DNA of 64,000 bases, from contig NC_043020.1 in the NCBI RefSeq assembly GCF_006345805.1, positions 27,900,001 through 27,964,000 on the forward strand. The letters are read 5' to 3'. This document shows, one piece after another, positions 37,976-51,800 of this stretch. Every line of letters begins with the position of its first letter. The first letter of the stretch is position 1. A program made the position numbers and the translations under genes. The stretch is from Octopus sinensis (taxonomy: Eukaryota). Below the pieces are notes generated by a model, which was not told where the DNA came from, did not search any database, and saw only the letters and a program-made list of their open reading frames with translations.

Positions 37976-40900
37976 TTGTTTGTATGTCTGTGTTTGTCAC
38001 CCCAAAATCGCTTGACAACCGATGCTGGTGTGTTCATGTCCCTGTAACTTAGCGGTTCAGCAAAAGAGACCGATAGAATAAGTACTAGGCTTACAAAGAG
38101 TAAGTCCCGGGGTCGACTTGCTCGACTAAAGGCGGTGCTCCAGCATGGCCACAGTCAAATGACTGAAACAAGTAAAAGAAAGAAAAGTACATAAACTAAG
38201 GAACAATTCCTTCTCTTCTGATCTTTTTTTATTATAAATGTTTTCGATCTAATTTGGATTCTTTGCCATCAAATTTGAATTTTTCAATTGGTGCTGAAGA
38301 CTTGAAAAAAAAGAGAGAGTTAAACTACATCAGCCGTAAGGGAATACATGTCCATCTTATCTAACTCGTCCAGTAGAGCCCACCAATTGATATCTGATAA
38401 TGATAATCATCATTTAACGTCCGCTTTCCATGCTGGCATGGGTTGGACGGTTCAACTGGGGTCTGGTAAGCCAAGGAGGCTGCACCAGGCTCCAGTCTGA
38501 GCTGGCAATGTTTCTACGGTTGGATGCCCTTCCTAACGCCAACCACTCCATGAGTGTAGTGGGTGCTTTTTACGTGCCACCGGCACAGGTGCCAGACGGG
38601 GCTGGCAAACGGCCACGATCGGATGGTGCTGACAAATGATGACATGTAATGGTAAAGATGAGAATGCTGGTGGAAACGAGGGAAATGGTAGTCATGACGA
38701 TGATGATGATGCTTATGACTGCCGTAGTGACTCACCTGTCTTAAAGGAGTATTATCATCATAATTCATCACAGTGAAATGTTTCTCGTAATCGTTGAAGT
38801 TGTGCAAAGAATAAACCCTGGAAGTAATATCAGGACAGAGAAATTAAAACACAGACATACAAATAAATAAATACAATTCTTTCTGTGATAGAGTACTCGT
38901 CCGTGAGTGCGCACGCGCCCATTCTCTAAAGGGAGATAACTCTAATCTTGTTGGATTTACCTCCCTTGGACGCTATGTCTTAAATGATTTTATTTTGCAA
39001 ATTTCCGTATTTTTTACGCGAATTTCTTAATTGAAATTTCTCAAAAGGTCACCCTATGAGCAAAGTTTGGCCTCCCATAAGCTAATGCTGCCCTTTGTTT
39101 TCTTATGCATTTATATAAAGTAATGTTTTCTAATAGCTAAGACACGTTTTTCGTTGGTTTTTCTGAAATACTGTGTGACAGGCTTTAATAGGACTGCGAG
39201 CTGGCAGAATCGTTAGCACACAGGGCAAAATGCTTAGCGGCATATCGTCCGTCTCTACATCCCGAGTTCAATTTCCGCCGAGGTTGATATTGCCTTTTAT
39301 CCTTTCAGGATCGATAAAATAAGGACTACTAAAGCAGTGGGGTCGATGTAATCGTATTCGCTCATTTCCTGAAATTGCTGGTCGTCTGTCGAAATTGGAA
39401 ACTAATATTGGAGGGCTGAAAAAGTTACTCTGGAGACCCTTCAGAAAAAAACCCCACTCTGACTGCTTGAATTCCTGATTGTATTCTTTCAGCTATTGCC
39501 TGACTACAGGTGAGAACAGGAACAGAAATGAAGACAGCAGGTTTGGCCCTTTTTGGTCAACCCCTGCTCTTCTAAGGATCAAATGCTGGAGTTGGCACAT
39601 TACTGCCTGCAGCACCTGTAATTCTAGCAGCCAATTCAGCCCTTAGCTTCCTGTCACTTGTGAATATTTGTCCCAAGATACTTAAACTTTATTTGTTACT
39701 ATAGTAACAAAAAGGTTTAACCCTTTCGTTACCATATTTCTGTTGAGATGCTCTCGGTTTCTTTCAATTAATTTTAAATATAACAAAGAATTTAGTAAAA
39801 CAACTTAGTTATCATTCAGCTAGTGTTAGGAACATAAATTGTGACTAATGTTTACTGGAAAATTTTAATTCAGAACTTCTGAAAACAAGACATTTGTACT
39901 ACAAAACCAGAGGCGGTTTTGGGCGGATTGGTAACAAAAAGGTTTAAATGATTGGAAGTGGTATATTTACTTTGAAGGTAACTTACTTGTTACAGAATCG
40001 AAGGAAGAAACATTGGTACGCATACAACTTCAACGGCTTCACACTTCTCAACAAAACAATATATCGGATGTCAAACTTGACAGATCCTACTTCTTCAAAC
40101 TTGATCAGCAATGGATCTTCAACATATTTGCAAGCAACCTGTTTGGGGGAGGAAGAAAAACAAAGTCAAAATGCATTGAAGGAAATGAAAACATAGAGAG
40201 AGAAGCATCAACGCACCACAAGAGCCAATCTTTGTTGCAGTGTGACAGCTTGTGTGCCTTGAACACCCTGGAGTTATGCCAGGAGAGTGCAAGCTCTCGG
40301 TAGGGCCTACCATGCTTGACAAGTCAAAAGGACAGAAACCATACTATTATGGGCCAATTATAGTAGTATGGCCCAGATCTTCTCAAAAGTAGAAAGGGCC
40401 AACACTCCCTATTAAGAATAAAAGCAAAGATACAAGGGCATCGATAATAATTCGATATTAAGACTGAAGATGGCAAGCTGGCAAAACTGTTACGGTGCCA
40501 GGAAAAATGTTTATGGCATTTGGTCAGTCTTTGTGTTCTGAGCCCAAGTTCGATGGAGGTTGACTTTGCTTTTCCATCCTTCCAGGGGCGATAAAATAAG
40601 AACCAGTGAAACACTGGGGGTCGATGTAATCGACTTAACCCCTCCCCTGATATTGCAGGCCTTGAGCCAAAATTTGAAATCAATATTAATAAGACCTGGG
40701 AGAAGGCTTTCATTCAGATCAGCTCCGGATCAAGAATGGTGGAGAAAAGGTGTCAATGGCTTCTGCTATATAAAGAGCGAAAGGCTTAAAAATGAAATAT
40801 ATAAATGAAAAACAAAAAAAATGAGGAAAGCAACATCGTCATCATTTTTTCACATTTACTTTTTTTTCTATGCTTGCATGAGACAGACAGGAGTCTGTTG

Positions 40901-42776
40901 GGAGCAGAGTTTTCTACAGGACGATGACCTTCTTGGTGCCAACCCCAAACCGGTTTCTAAAATCCCTGCGCTAATATTCTGGTATATTCGAACAACAAAC
41001 AGCCCGGACATGGTAATGTGGAGAACTGGAAACAGGGGACACTGTTTGAATGAGCCTTTTGTTAAAGAAGATAGCACAACATGTCAGTCAGCTGAGCCAT
41101 CACTGGCAATGGCTTAGCTAGACAACACTTCGAAGTCATTGTCAACAATATTCTTGTTTAAAAATAATAAATTTGTACTCTACAAAACTATAGAGTAAGC
41201 CATCAGGTTAATATAAAATTGTTTTTCATAATAATTGGTCATCATCATCATCGTTTAACGTCCGCTTTCCATGCTAGCATGGGTCGGGAGAATGACTGAG
41301 GGGTGGCGAACCAGATGGCCGCACCAGGCTCCAATCTTAAAGTAACAGAAATACAAATAGAAATTTGGAACAGAGCCCAAAGGGACAGAGTGGGGTCAGA
41401 TGGGGTTCTGGCAGGGGCAGTGGTATATTTGGAGACATGGGGTTACACAGCAGGGTTTTGATGCACTCAGTACGACCCCACCCTCCCATCTGCAAGGGGT
41501 TAAAAAGAAAGGGAAGAGAGATTAACACTTGAATGCATTGGTTTTCGGGTGGGGCTACTTGTGTGTGTAACCTTGTCCTGACATCATTTGATGGTTATAA
41601 ACGATCATCATTCATTATCATCGTTTAACGTCTGCTTTCCATGCTAGCATGAGTTGGACGATTTTGACTGAGGGCTGGCGAACCAGATGGCTGCACCAGG
41701 CTCCAATCTTGATTTGGCAGTGTTTCTACAGCTAGATGCCCTTCCTAACGCCAACCACTCCAAGAGTGCAGTGGGTGCTTTTTACGTACCACCGGCACAG
41801 GTGCCAGTCAGGTGGTACTGGCAATGACCTCACTCGAATCTTTTTACACATGCCACCGGCACAGGTGAAATGTGTGCATGTGTGTGTGCGTGAGTGTGTG
41901 TGTGTGTGTGTGTGTACATGCCAGGCTTCTTTCAGTTTCCAAGTACAAAATTCACTGAAAAGGCTTTGATCAGCCTAGGGCTATATTAGAAGACACTTGC
42001 CCAAGGTAAAGTATTGTGCAGTGGGACTGAACCCAAGACCACATGGCTGGAAAGCAACCATGCAGCCAAGCCTGCCCCTCACCAACAATCTTTTGCTTTA
42101 TATCTTTTTGCTTGCTTCAGTCATTAGACTGTGGCCATGCTGGGGCAATACTGCCTCGAAGTCATTTGAGTCAAATGCAATAACCTTGGTATTTATTTTA
42201 CATTTTTATCAGGAAGGGGGTGGGATAAGGGGGTGGAGGATAACACGGTGTATTCATTAATGATATATGGATGAAAACAAACAAACAAACACAAACAGCG
42301 TTCTGCTCACCTTGGGTCCTGATTCCTGAAGTCTGACGATATAAGGGAGCTGGTCAGTTATATGAGAGTCAAGGGCACGGGCAAGATTCCATGGTTTGCA
42401 GATCCAAATGTTATCCAGATTTCTGAAAGACAATCAGAAGCTGAGTATTATGTCAGACCATGCAAAGCTACATATGTGGCTACATGTGGGGGCTAAATGA
42501 GCATTGTTAGGTCATACAGACCATGTGAAGCTACATGTGACACTAAATGAGCATTATGTCAGGTCATATGGACCATGTGAGGCTACATGGGCTGCTACAT
42601 GTGAAGCTAGATGTGTGACTGCATGTGAGTCTGAATGTGTATGATGTCAGACCATGCGAAGCTACATGAGTGGCTACAGATGAAGCTACATTTGAAATTA
42701 CATGTGGGGCTAAAGGAGTATTATCTGAGACAATACAAAACGACACTACATGGTAGTGAAACAAGAGCATAGACAC

Positions 42777-42814
<38 letters not shown>

Positions 42815-45800
42815 CACGCTCTGCTAAAAGCACCATCCAAGTATGATCGTTGCCAGAGCGGCTAACTGGCTTCCATGCCGGTGACATATAAGAGGCACCA
42901 TTCGAGCGTGATCATTACCTATTTCTTTATTACCCACAAGGAGCTAAACATAGAGGGGACAAACAAGGACAGACATAGGTATTAAGTCGATTACATCGAC
43001 CCCCAGTGCGTAACTGGTACTTAATTCATCAACCCCGAAAGGATGAAAGGCAAAGTCGACCTCGGCGGAATTTGAACTCATAACGTAACAGTAGATGAAA
43101 TACCGCTAAGCATTTCGCCCGGCGTGCTAACGTTTCTGCCAGCTCACTGCCTTACCAGCATCGCCTTAATGGCACCTATGCCAGTGGCATGTGTAAAAAG
43201 GTTTGAGCGAGGTCGTTGCTAGTACCAGCTGACTGGCCCCCCGTGCCGGTAGCACGTAAAAAGCACCCACTACACTCTTGGAGTGGTTGGCGTTAGGAAG
43301 GGCATCCAGCTGTAGAAACTCTGCCAAATTAAGATTGGAGCCTTGTGCGGCCATCTGGTTCGCCAGCCCTCAGTCGAATCGTCCAACCCATGCTAGCATG
43401 GAAAGCGGACGTTAAACGATGATGATGATTATGATGATGATGAAGCAAACTTCTTAGCTACCTAACGACACAGCCATACCTTCAAATATAATGAGACACA
43501 ATGGACAAACAAAAGTAGTAATTATACCTTTTCTTTCGGTGCTGGAAATAGGATACAAACTGAGGTAACTCAGTATTGAGGTTATAGGTGACGGGCAGCC
43601 ACGATGGTCCATATTCTAAGGTATCTTCATTTTGACGGTCCAGTTCAGACCGTCGTCCGGTTACTGCCAACAAGTCTTTTACAGTGACAAGACATTCGTT
43701 TGGGAACTGATTGACAAATTGATGCAGATTTCTACAAAATAAAAATAAATACATGTATAACCACAAGCTTTGTGTGCATGTATGTATATATATGTGTATA
43801 TATATATATATATATACACATATATAAAGATATATATATATAATTTATAAAAAATATTACATATATATATATATATATAGGGAGAGTTTACGAAAAAATC
43901 AAAAGTCGAAGACGGTGTATAAAACAAACAGATGTATTAGTATAAGGCTCAGGAATTGAAAAATCTTTTACATTTCGAGCCTACACTCTTCTACAGAAAG
44001 AAACAAGGAGAGAAAAAACGTGTGTAGAGGCTACCGATCTATCATATATATATGTAGCACAGAGGACACACAGATATACAAAGAAAACACTTCCATACAA
44101 AAGTACAAAGCAAGCCTTAACAAACTTTAAACAGAGTACATACACAAATAACCATTCACACACCAAACTCATTCTGCCACTATAAATAACGAGTGAAAAC
44201 CAAACTGGTGGGTGTGTTCGATAATAAGGCGTTAAGATAATATGACCCTCCCCAGACACAACATAATTTGCTTCAACACATGAGTTCACATAAAGAATCT
44301 TGCAAACCAGATACAAAAATGAAGTGTGTGTGTGTGTGGAAAAGCTGAACTCTATTGAATAACACATCCACATATATAAATAAGCAGGATGATGGAAACG
44401 CAGAGGTATTGAACTGCCAACTCCTAAATCAAAAGTTCAAATCCAATACTGGCAACTCATTATAATTGACCCAATTCCTCTTTGGATGCATACCAAACCC
44501 CCATCTAGACCAGATGTTCTCAATCAGAGTCCATATAAAATTTATTACTCCAGGGATATCTATAGTAGAAGACAACAGCCCTAGATACCATGCAGTGTGA
44601 CTGAACCTAAAAACCAAATGGTTGGAGAGTTCACTTCCAAATATATACAGAATTAAGGTGTTCTGTCCAGAAACACAATGACAACAAAAAAACCCCAGGG
44701 TCAGGTTTGAAACTTTGAACAATACTCCATCAACTTGGCCATCTTACCTATTTATTCCGTGGAGAGAGAGGTAAGAAGTTAACAAAGGTATCTGTGTTGG
44801 AAGCAACTTACTTGAAATTCTTCAAATTTTCTTTCACAAATAAAATATCAGCTGATTCACGGTCATCAACAACAACAAAACGTGGGTCAGTCAAATGGCC
44901 ATCCATAGTATCATAGTCCATGTAGACCTTCAGGATGTCCTTCTTCATCACAAAGGGTTCCTCATCCTCATCGGGAAGGGTAAATTTAGAGCGACATTCC
45001 TAAAGAAAGAAATACATCGATAGATTAACGAATGGTTGGACAAAGGTGTTAGAATAGACTGTGGGAATGGTCCGTGGGAGAGGATCCATGAGGGAACTGA
45101 GCGAGGGTTACTGGAAGAACTAGTTAAGGGAGTCAAGGTACAAGCTGAGGATACTAGGGTACCAGATGAGGATGCCAGGGTACCAGTTCTGGAGAGGAGT
45201 ATTAGGTGAGGGTAAAGGAATACCAGTTGAGGGCAATGGAGTACAAGCTGAGAGTACTGGAGTAACAACTGAAGATACTGGAGTACCAGTTCAGGGTACC
45301 AGATGAGAGTACTGGAGTATCAACTGTGGATACTATAGTACTAGTTAAGGATATTAGAGTACAAGATGAGAGTACTTTCCCCTAAAACAGGCTGAATACT
45401 CTGCCAGCCATGCCAGATTGTCAGCATCGAAACAGCTGTAGCCACTCACCTCACACAAAGAATGTAAAGCAGCATAATTAAAAATCACATGACATTTAAT
45501 CAATCAAATTGGTTGCCAAGGCAACTCAGGATTAATGGGCCAAGACACTGGACAGAAAAGAAGAAGGAACTTACATAAAAGTAAGCATCGGAGGGTTCCT
45601 TAGGAATGTAATCAATATCAGTAAAGTCGGAATATTGCCAGGGGATGAGCCGAGCAGAATGCTCCACATCGGAGTACCGTTTCTGAAGGTAATTCCTTGA
45701 GACTTCATCTGAATTCAACCCACAAAAATAGTAAAAGAAGTTGTAAATATAAACAGGTACACATACTTTAAAAAAAATGTGTCAATGAGAAAAAGACAAA

Positions 45801-48800
45801 AGGAAGTCATTTAAGTATTTACAAAGATCACATAGATATTGGTTTTGAATTTTGACACAAGAGGAAAGGGGTTAAGTCGATTACGAAGGGTTGCTGAAAA
45901 GTTCTTGGCTTTAAAGGTATTGTGAGAAAGGCGGCAAGCTGGCAGAATTGTGATGTATGAAAAAACAAAAAGACCAGCCTTGGCCTGAGCCTATAGTAGA
46001 AGACACTAGTCCCAAGGTGCCATACAGTGGGACTGAACCCAGAACCACATGGTTGGGAAGCAAGCTACTTACCACACAGCCACTCCTGCACCTATATAAT
46101 GGGCTTCTTAAGGTGGCGAGCTGGCAGAAACGTTAGCAGGCCGGACGAAATGCGTAGCCGTATTTCGTCTGCCGTTACGTTCTGGGTTCAAATTCCGCCG
46201 AGGTCGACTTTGCTTTTAGTCCTTTCGGGGTCGATGTGATCGGCTTAATCCGTTTGTCTGTCCTTGTTTGTCCCCTCTATGTTTAGCCCCTTGTGGGTAA
46301 TAAAGAAATAGGTATTTCATTCTGAGTTCAAATTCTGCCGAGGTCGACTTTGCCTTTCATCCTTTCGGGGTCGATAAATAAAGTACCAGTTACGCAGTGG
46401 GGTCGATGTAATCAGCTTAATCCGTTTGTCTGTCCTTGTTTGTCCCCTCTATGTTTAGCCCCTTGTGGGTAGTAAAGAAATATATATAATGGGCTTCTTT
46501 CAGTTTCTATCTACCAAATCCACTCACAAGGCTTTGGCTGGCCCTGCGCTATCGTAGAAGACAATTGCTCAAAATGCTGCACACTAGGAGTAAACTTGAA
46601 AGCTCATGGCTGGAAAGCAGGCTTCTTAGCCGCACACAGCCATGCTTCTGCCCGTAAAATGAAGAAAGGATTGAACAAGCATTGGTCCATCAAAATGCAA
46701 CAGTTTTACAGATAGAAAATAGAAGAGAAACACAATTACCTTTAGCCTGCAAGTCTTTAAGAGGAAACATCACAGAATAACATAATTGATCCAAAGCATA
46801 GTAGAATGGAGCAATACCGAAAGATGGATCATCTGAATGTTGGATCCGGGAACCAAATTCATCCATAACATACCAAAGTGGCATCGCTTCATCAGAACCC
46901 TACAGAAAAAAGGAAGGAGCAGATTTTCAAAAGAAATTCAATTAATGTAATGCAAATGTTAACATTAGCTTAGTGTGTGTGTGTATATGTTAGATATGTT
47001 TTTAAGTATGTCTCTCTAGGAGTAGTCTTTTAAGGGTATGGCACATAAAAAGCATCCACTACATTCACGGAGTGGTTGGCGTTAGGAAGGGCATCCAGCT
47101 GTAGAAACACTGCCAGATCAGACTGGAGCTTGGTGCAGCCTCCTGGCTTCCCAGATCCCGGTCGAACCGTCCAACCCATGCTAGCATGGAAAACGGACGT
47201 TGAATGATGATGATGATACATACATGAATTCAGTTTTCATCTACCAATTCTGGCCACCAGGTTTTGAAGACATTTGCCCAAGATACCAAACAGTGGGATT
47301 GAACCCGCAATCATGTGCCTGGGAAGCAAACTTCTTACCACACAGTCATGGTGGATCTGTTTTAATGAAGTTATTATTTAACCAATGTAAAGGCGCACGG
47401 CTCAGTGGTCAGTGTCAAGCTTACAATCATGAGGTTGTGAGTTCAATTCCTGGACCGGGCTGCGTGTTGTGTTCTTGAGCAAGACACTTTATTTCACGTT
47501 GCTCCAGTCCACTCAGCTGCAGAAATGAGTTGCAACATCACTGGTGCCAAGCAGTATTGGCCTTTGCCATTCCCTTGGATAACACCAGTGGCATGAAGAA
47601 GAGAGGCTGGTATGGATGGGCGACAGCTGGTCTTCCATAAACCACCTTGCCCAGACTTGTGCCTCAGAGGGTAACTTTCTAGATGCAATCCCATGGTCAT
47701 TCATGACTGGGGGGGGGCCATTATTTAACCAATACTTTTTTAAATACTTGTAATGCAGTCTTCAGAATGGTTTTAAAAAACAAATTATAAACGAGGTCTC
47801 ATATAATTACCTTTCGTTCATGACCAAAACTGTAAACTTGATTGTATCTGGAAAAGTAAAAAAAAAAAGGGGGGAAAATATTAAAAATTAAATCTTCAAA
47901 ACCAAAACAGAATTTAAATACATTTTCTTTTCCCATCATTACAACCACAGTTAGCCACTACTGGGAATAGATTTTTCTATTCCACCATAAATATCAATGG
48001 AAATAGTAGTTGTGATACCTGTGCCGGTGGCACATAAAAAGCACCATCCGAACGTGGCCGTTGCCAGCGCCGCCTCGACTGGCTTCTGTGCCGGTAGCAC
48101 ATAAAAAGCACCATCCGAACGTGGCCGTTGCCAGCGCCGCCTCGACTGGCTTCTGTGCCGGTAGCACATAAAAAGCACCATCCGAACGTGGCCGATGCCA
48201 GCGCCGCCCCGACTGGCTTCTGTGCCAGTAGCACATAAAAAGCACCATCCGAACGTGGCCGATGCCAGCGCCGCCCCGACTGGCTTCTGTGCCAGTAGCA
48301 CATAAAAAGCACCATCCGAACGTGGCCGATGCCAGCGCCGCCCCGACTGGCTTCTGTGCCAGTAGCACATAAAAAGCACCATCCGAACGTGGCCGATGCC
48401 AGCGCCGCCCTGACTGGCTTCTGTGCCGGTAGCACATAAAAAGCACCATCCGAACATGGCCGATGCCAGCGCCGCCCCGACTGACTTCTGTGTCGGTGGC
48501 ACATAAAAAGCACCGTCTGAATGTGGCCGATGCCAGCGCTGCCTTGACTGGCTCCAGTGCCGGTGGCACATAAAAAGCACCATCTGAACGTGGCCGTTGC
48601 CAGCGCCGCCTTGGGTGGCTTCCGTGCCGGTGGCACGTTAAAAGCTCCAACCGATTGTGGCCGATGCCGGACCCCCCTGGCACCTGTGCAGGTGGCACGT
48701 AAAAAGCACCCACTACACTCGCGGAGTGGTTGGCATTAGGAAGGGCATCCAGCTGTAGAAACTCAGCCAGATCAGACTGGAGCCTAGTGCAGCCCCTGGC

Positions 48801-51800
48801 TTCCCAGGCCCCGGTCGAACCGTCCAACCCATGCTAGCGCAGAAAACGGACGTTAAACGATGATGATGATGATGAAGCTACATAAGGGCAGCCTTCGAAC
48901 ACAGACACGTTCTTAATCTCACACCTTACACTTCATTCTGTCCCCTACATTTGCTGGTCGTGTCCTCGTCATTATCGTTTAAAACCCTTTCATTACCATA
49001 TTTCTGTTGAGATGCTCTGTGTTTCTTTCAATTACTTTAAATATAACAAAGAATTTAGTAAAATAACTTAGTTATCATTAAGCTAGTGTTAGGAACATAA
49101 ATTGTGACTAAGGTTTGGTGAAAGATTTTAATTCAGAACTTATGAAAACGAGACATTTGTACTACAGAGCCTGAGGTGATTTCACCCAGGTTGGTATCAA
49201 AAGGGTTAAGAATTGTTTCTCTATTATATATTTTAATCCTTTTGTTACCATATTTCTGTTGAGATGCTCTGTGTTTCTTTCAATTACTTTAAATATAACA
49301 AAGAATTTAGTAAAATAACTTAGTTATCATTAAGCTAGTGTTAGGAACATAAATTGTGACTAAGGTTTGGTGAAAGATTTTAATTCAGAACTTATGAAAA
49401 CGAGACATTTGTACTACAGAGCCTGAGGTGATTTCAGCCAGGTTGGTATCAAAAGGGTTAAGAATTGTTTCTCTATTATATATTTTAATCCTTTTGTTAC
49501 CATATTTCTGTTGAGATGCTCTGTGTTTCTTTCAATTACTTTAAATATAACAAAGAATTTAGTAAAATAACTTAGTTATCATTAAGCTAGTGTTAGGAAC
49601 ATAAATTGTGACTAAGGTTTGGTGAAAGATTTTAATTCAGAACTTATGAAAACAAGACATTTGTACTACAGAGCCTGAGGTGATTTCAGCCAGGTTGGTA
49701 TCAAAAGGGTTAAGAATTGTTTCTCTATTATATATTTTAATCCTTTTGTTACCATATTTCTGTTGAGATGCTCTGTGTTTCTTTCAATTAATTTTAAATA
49801 TAACAAAGAATTTAATAAAATAACTCAGTTATCATTCAGCTAGTGTTGGGAATATAAATTGCGACCAAGGTTTGGTGGTATATTTTGATGCAAAACTTAT
49901 GAAAACAAGACATTTGTACTACAGAGCCAGAGCCGGTTTTGGCCAGGTTGGTAACGAAAGGGTTAATGAAAGATGAATGAATGAAAGAAAGAAGAATCTA
50001 AAAAAATGAATGCATGAAACAAGAACGAAAAAAGACAAAGAAGGAAAGATAGAAATTAAAGAATGAAAGAAAATTATCATTACCATCATCATCATCATCA
50101 TTTAATGTCTGTTTTCCATGCTGGCATGGGTTGGATGGTTTGACTGAAAGCTGGGGGGAAACTGCACCGAGTTCCCATGTGAATGGACAGGGTTTCTACA
50201 GCAGGATGCCCTTCCTAATGCCACCAACCCCCAAGAAGAAAGAAAATATAATGCGAAGGAAGGAAGGGGAATAGCAGGAACAATTACTACTACTGCCACC
50301 ACCATCATCATCATCATGTAAACATACCAATGATTCCAGGATGCCACACTAAATAGATATATAATGAAGTTACAGAAAAATCTATTCAAACAATGACGAA
50401 TTAATGAATTAATTAATCTACTTACAGCCACATTTTATTGAGAATTTCTTGGATAATTTCATCGGAGGATTTTTCAACTACAGGAATATTCATCAAAGAA
50501 GCCATTCTGTCTACGAGACTTGGAATTTGCTGCAGATGCTTTTCAGCATTTCTTACATCATATGTCCAGGCATGGTCAATCAGGTAGATGCTGCAACAAG
50601 GTGGAATACAGGGTAATCGTTAGTGTACTGGGAATTTTTTTTTTATTAGTCTCTAATCAGCCACCACCACCACCACCACCCACATCAGCCACCACCACCA
50701 CCACCACCACCACCACCCTCATCAGCAATATTACCACTCCAATCATCATCATTCCACCACCACCACCACCATCAGCTTACCATCATCACCTCACCACCAC
50801 TGCTGTCATCACCCCCGCCAGCACAACTAATGCCACCACCATCGCCTCACCACTACTATCACCCCACCACCACTGTTCCTATCATTGCCCCTATCATACC
50901 CCACCAGTAGTACCACTGCCCCCATCACCAGTCATCACCACCACCACTATCATGACCTCACTGCCACTGCCATTATCACTCCCACCAGCAAAACCACGGA
51001 CACCACCATCATCCCCATCTCATTACTTCACCAACACCATCAATTTGATTGAATTGTGTTTTGATAGTTCAACTCACGTCTGATGAAGTGGCCTGGTTAT
51101 TTCTGCTCTATTATGCAATCCTTTAATAAACAATAATTAGCCATTCCCATAGAAATGTTTATCACATAACTGAGAAGTCAACTTCATTGTTATTCATCTA
51201 TATTTTACTCTGTGAAAAATGCACAGCTTCAGGTTGTTTGTGCATACAGTGGATTCACAGGGTGATTAATATTATGAATTAACTAGTTAATATTGCATTA
51301 TTTGTTTCATTAATTGGGTTAATGGACAGTAAGTATTGTTGGTACTCCTTTCAAGTAGTCCGTTAACCAAATACTTACATGAAGTCTTACACCATTTCAA
51401 GTTATGTCTATTTCACCTTCTAGTTTTTCTTTAAGAAATTAACGAGAAAAATATAAAATATTAAGGGACTAGTTTACTTTCATGTGTTATAGCAGTCTTC
51501 AAGGTCCCAGGTTGTGACAGGAGTGTTTCAACTGGAATTTCTTTGAATAATATATATCCCTCTATACACAATCATACAAACCCCTTTTTATTCATATATA
51601 TATATATATATATATATAATAGCAAAGGGTAAAATTAATTAATTAATTAAGAATTAATCAATAATTTCACCAAGCAGAATTCGGCATGAAAGAAGGACCA
51701 TTTCATGGTAAACTTTTAATAAATAGGGTTCAGCAAAGATTTGCTTTACCACATACCAACGTTTTTTGGCTGCTATTTCTAAATTTCGGTATGTGGTAAA

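Noticed and set aside
48021-48690. CRISPR-like regular repeats
   Set aside because: No unique spacers, no cas genes, eukaryotic intron; a plain VNTR.
47951-48827. 210-277 aa repetitive ORFs
   Set aside because: Produced by a 67-bp non-triplet VNTR in an intronic retroposon; no domain.
50520-51083. 187-aa Pro/Thr-rich ORF on plus
   Set aside because: Antisense to TTLL12 exon 3 plus (CCA)n low-complexity intron.
51080-51100. CTGATGAAG hammerhead-like start
   Set aside because: No stem II closure with GAAA nearby.
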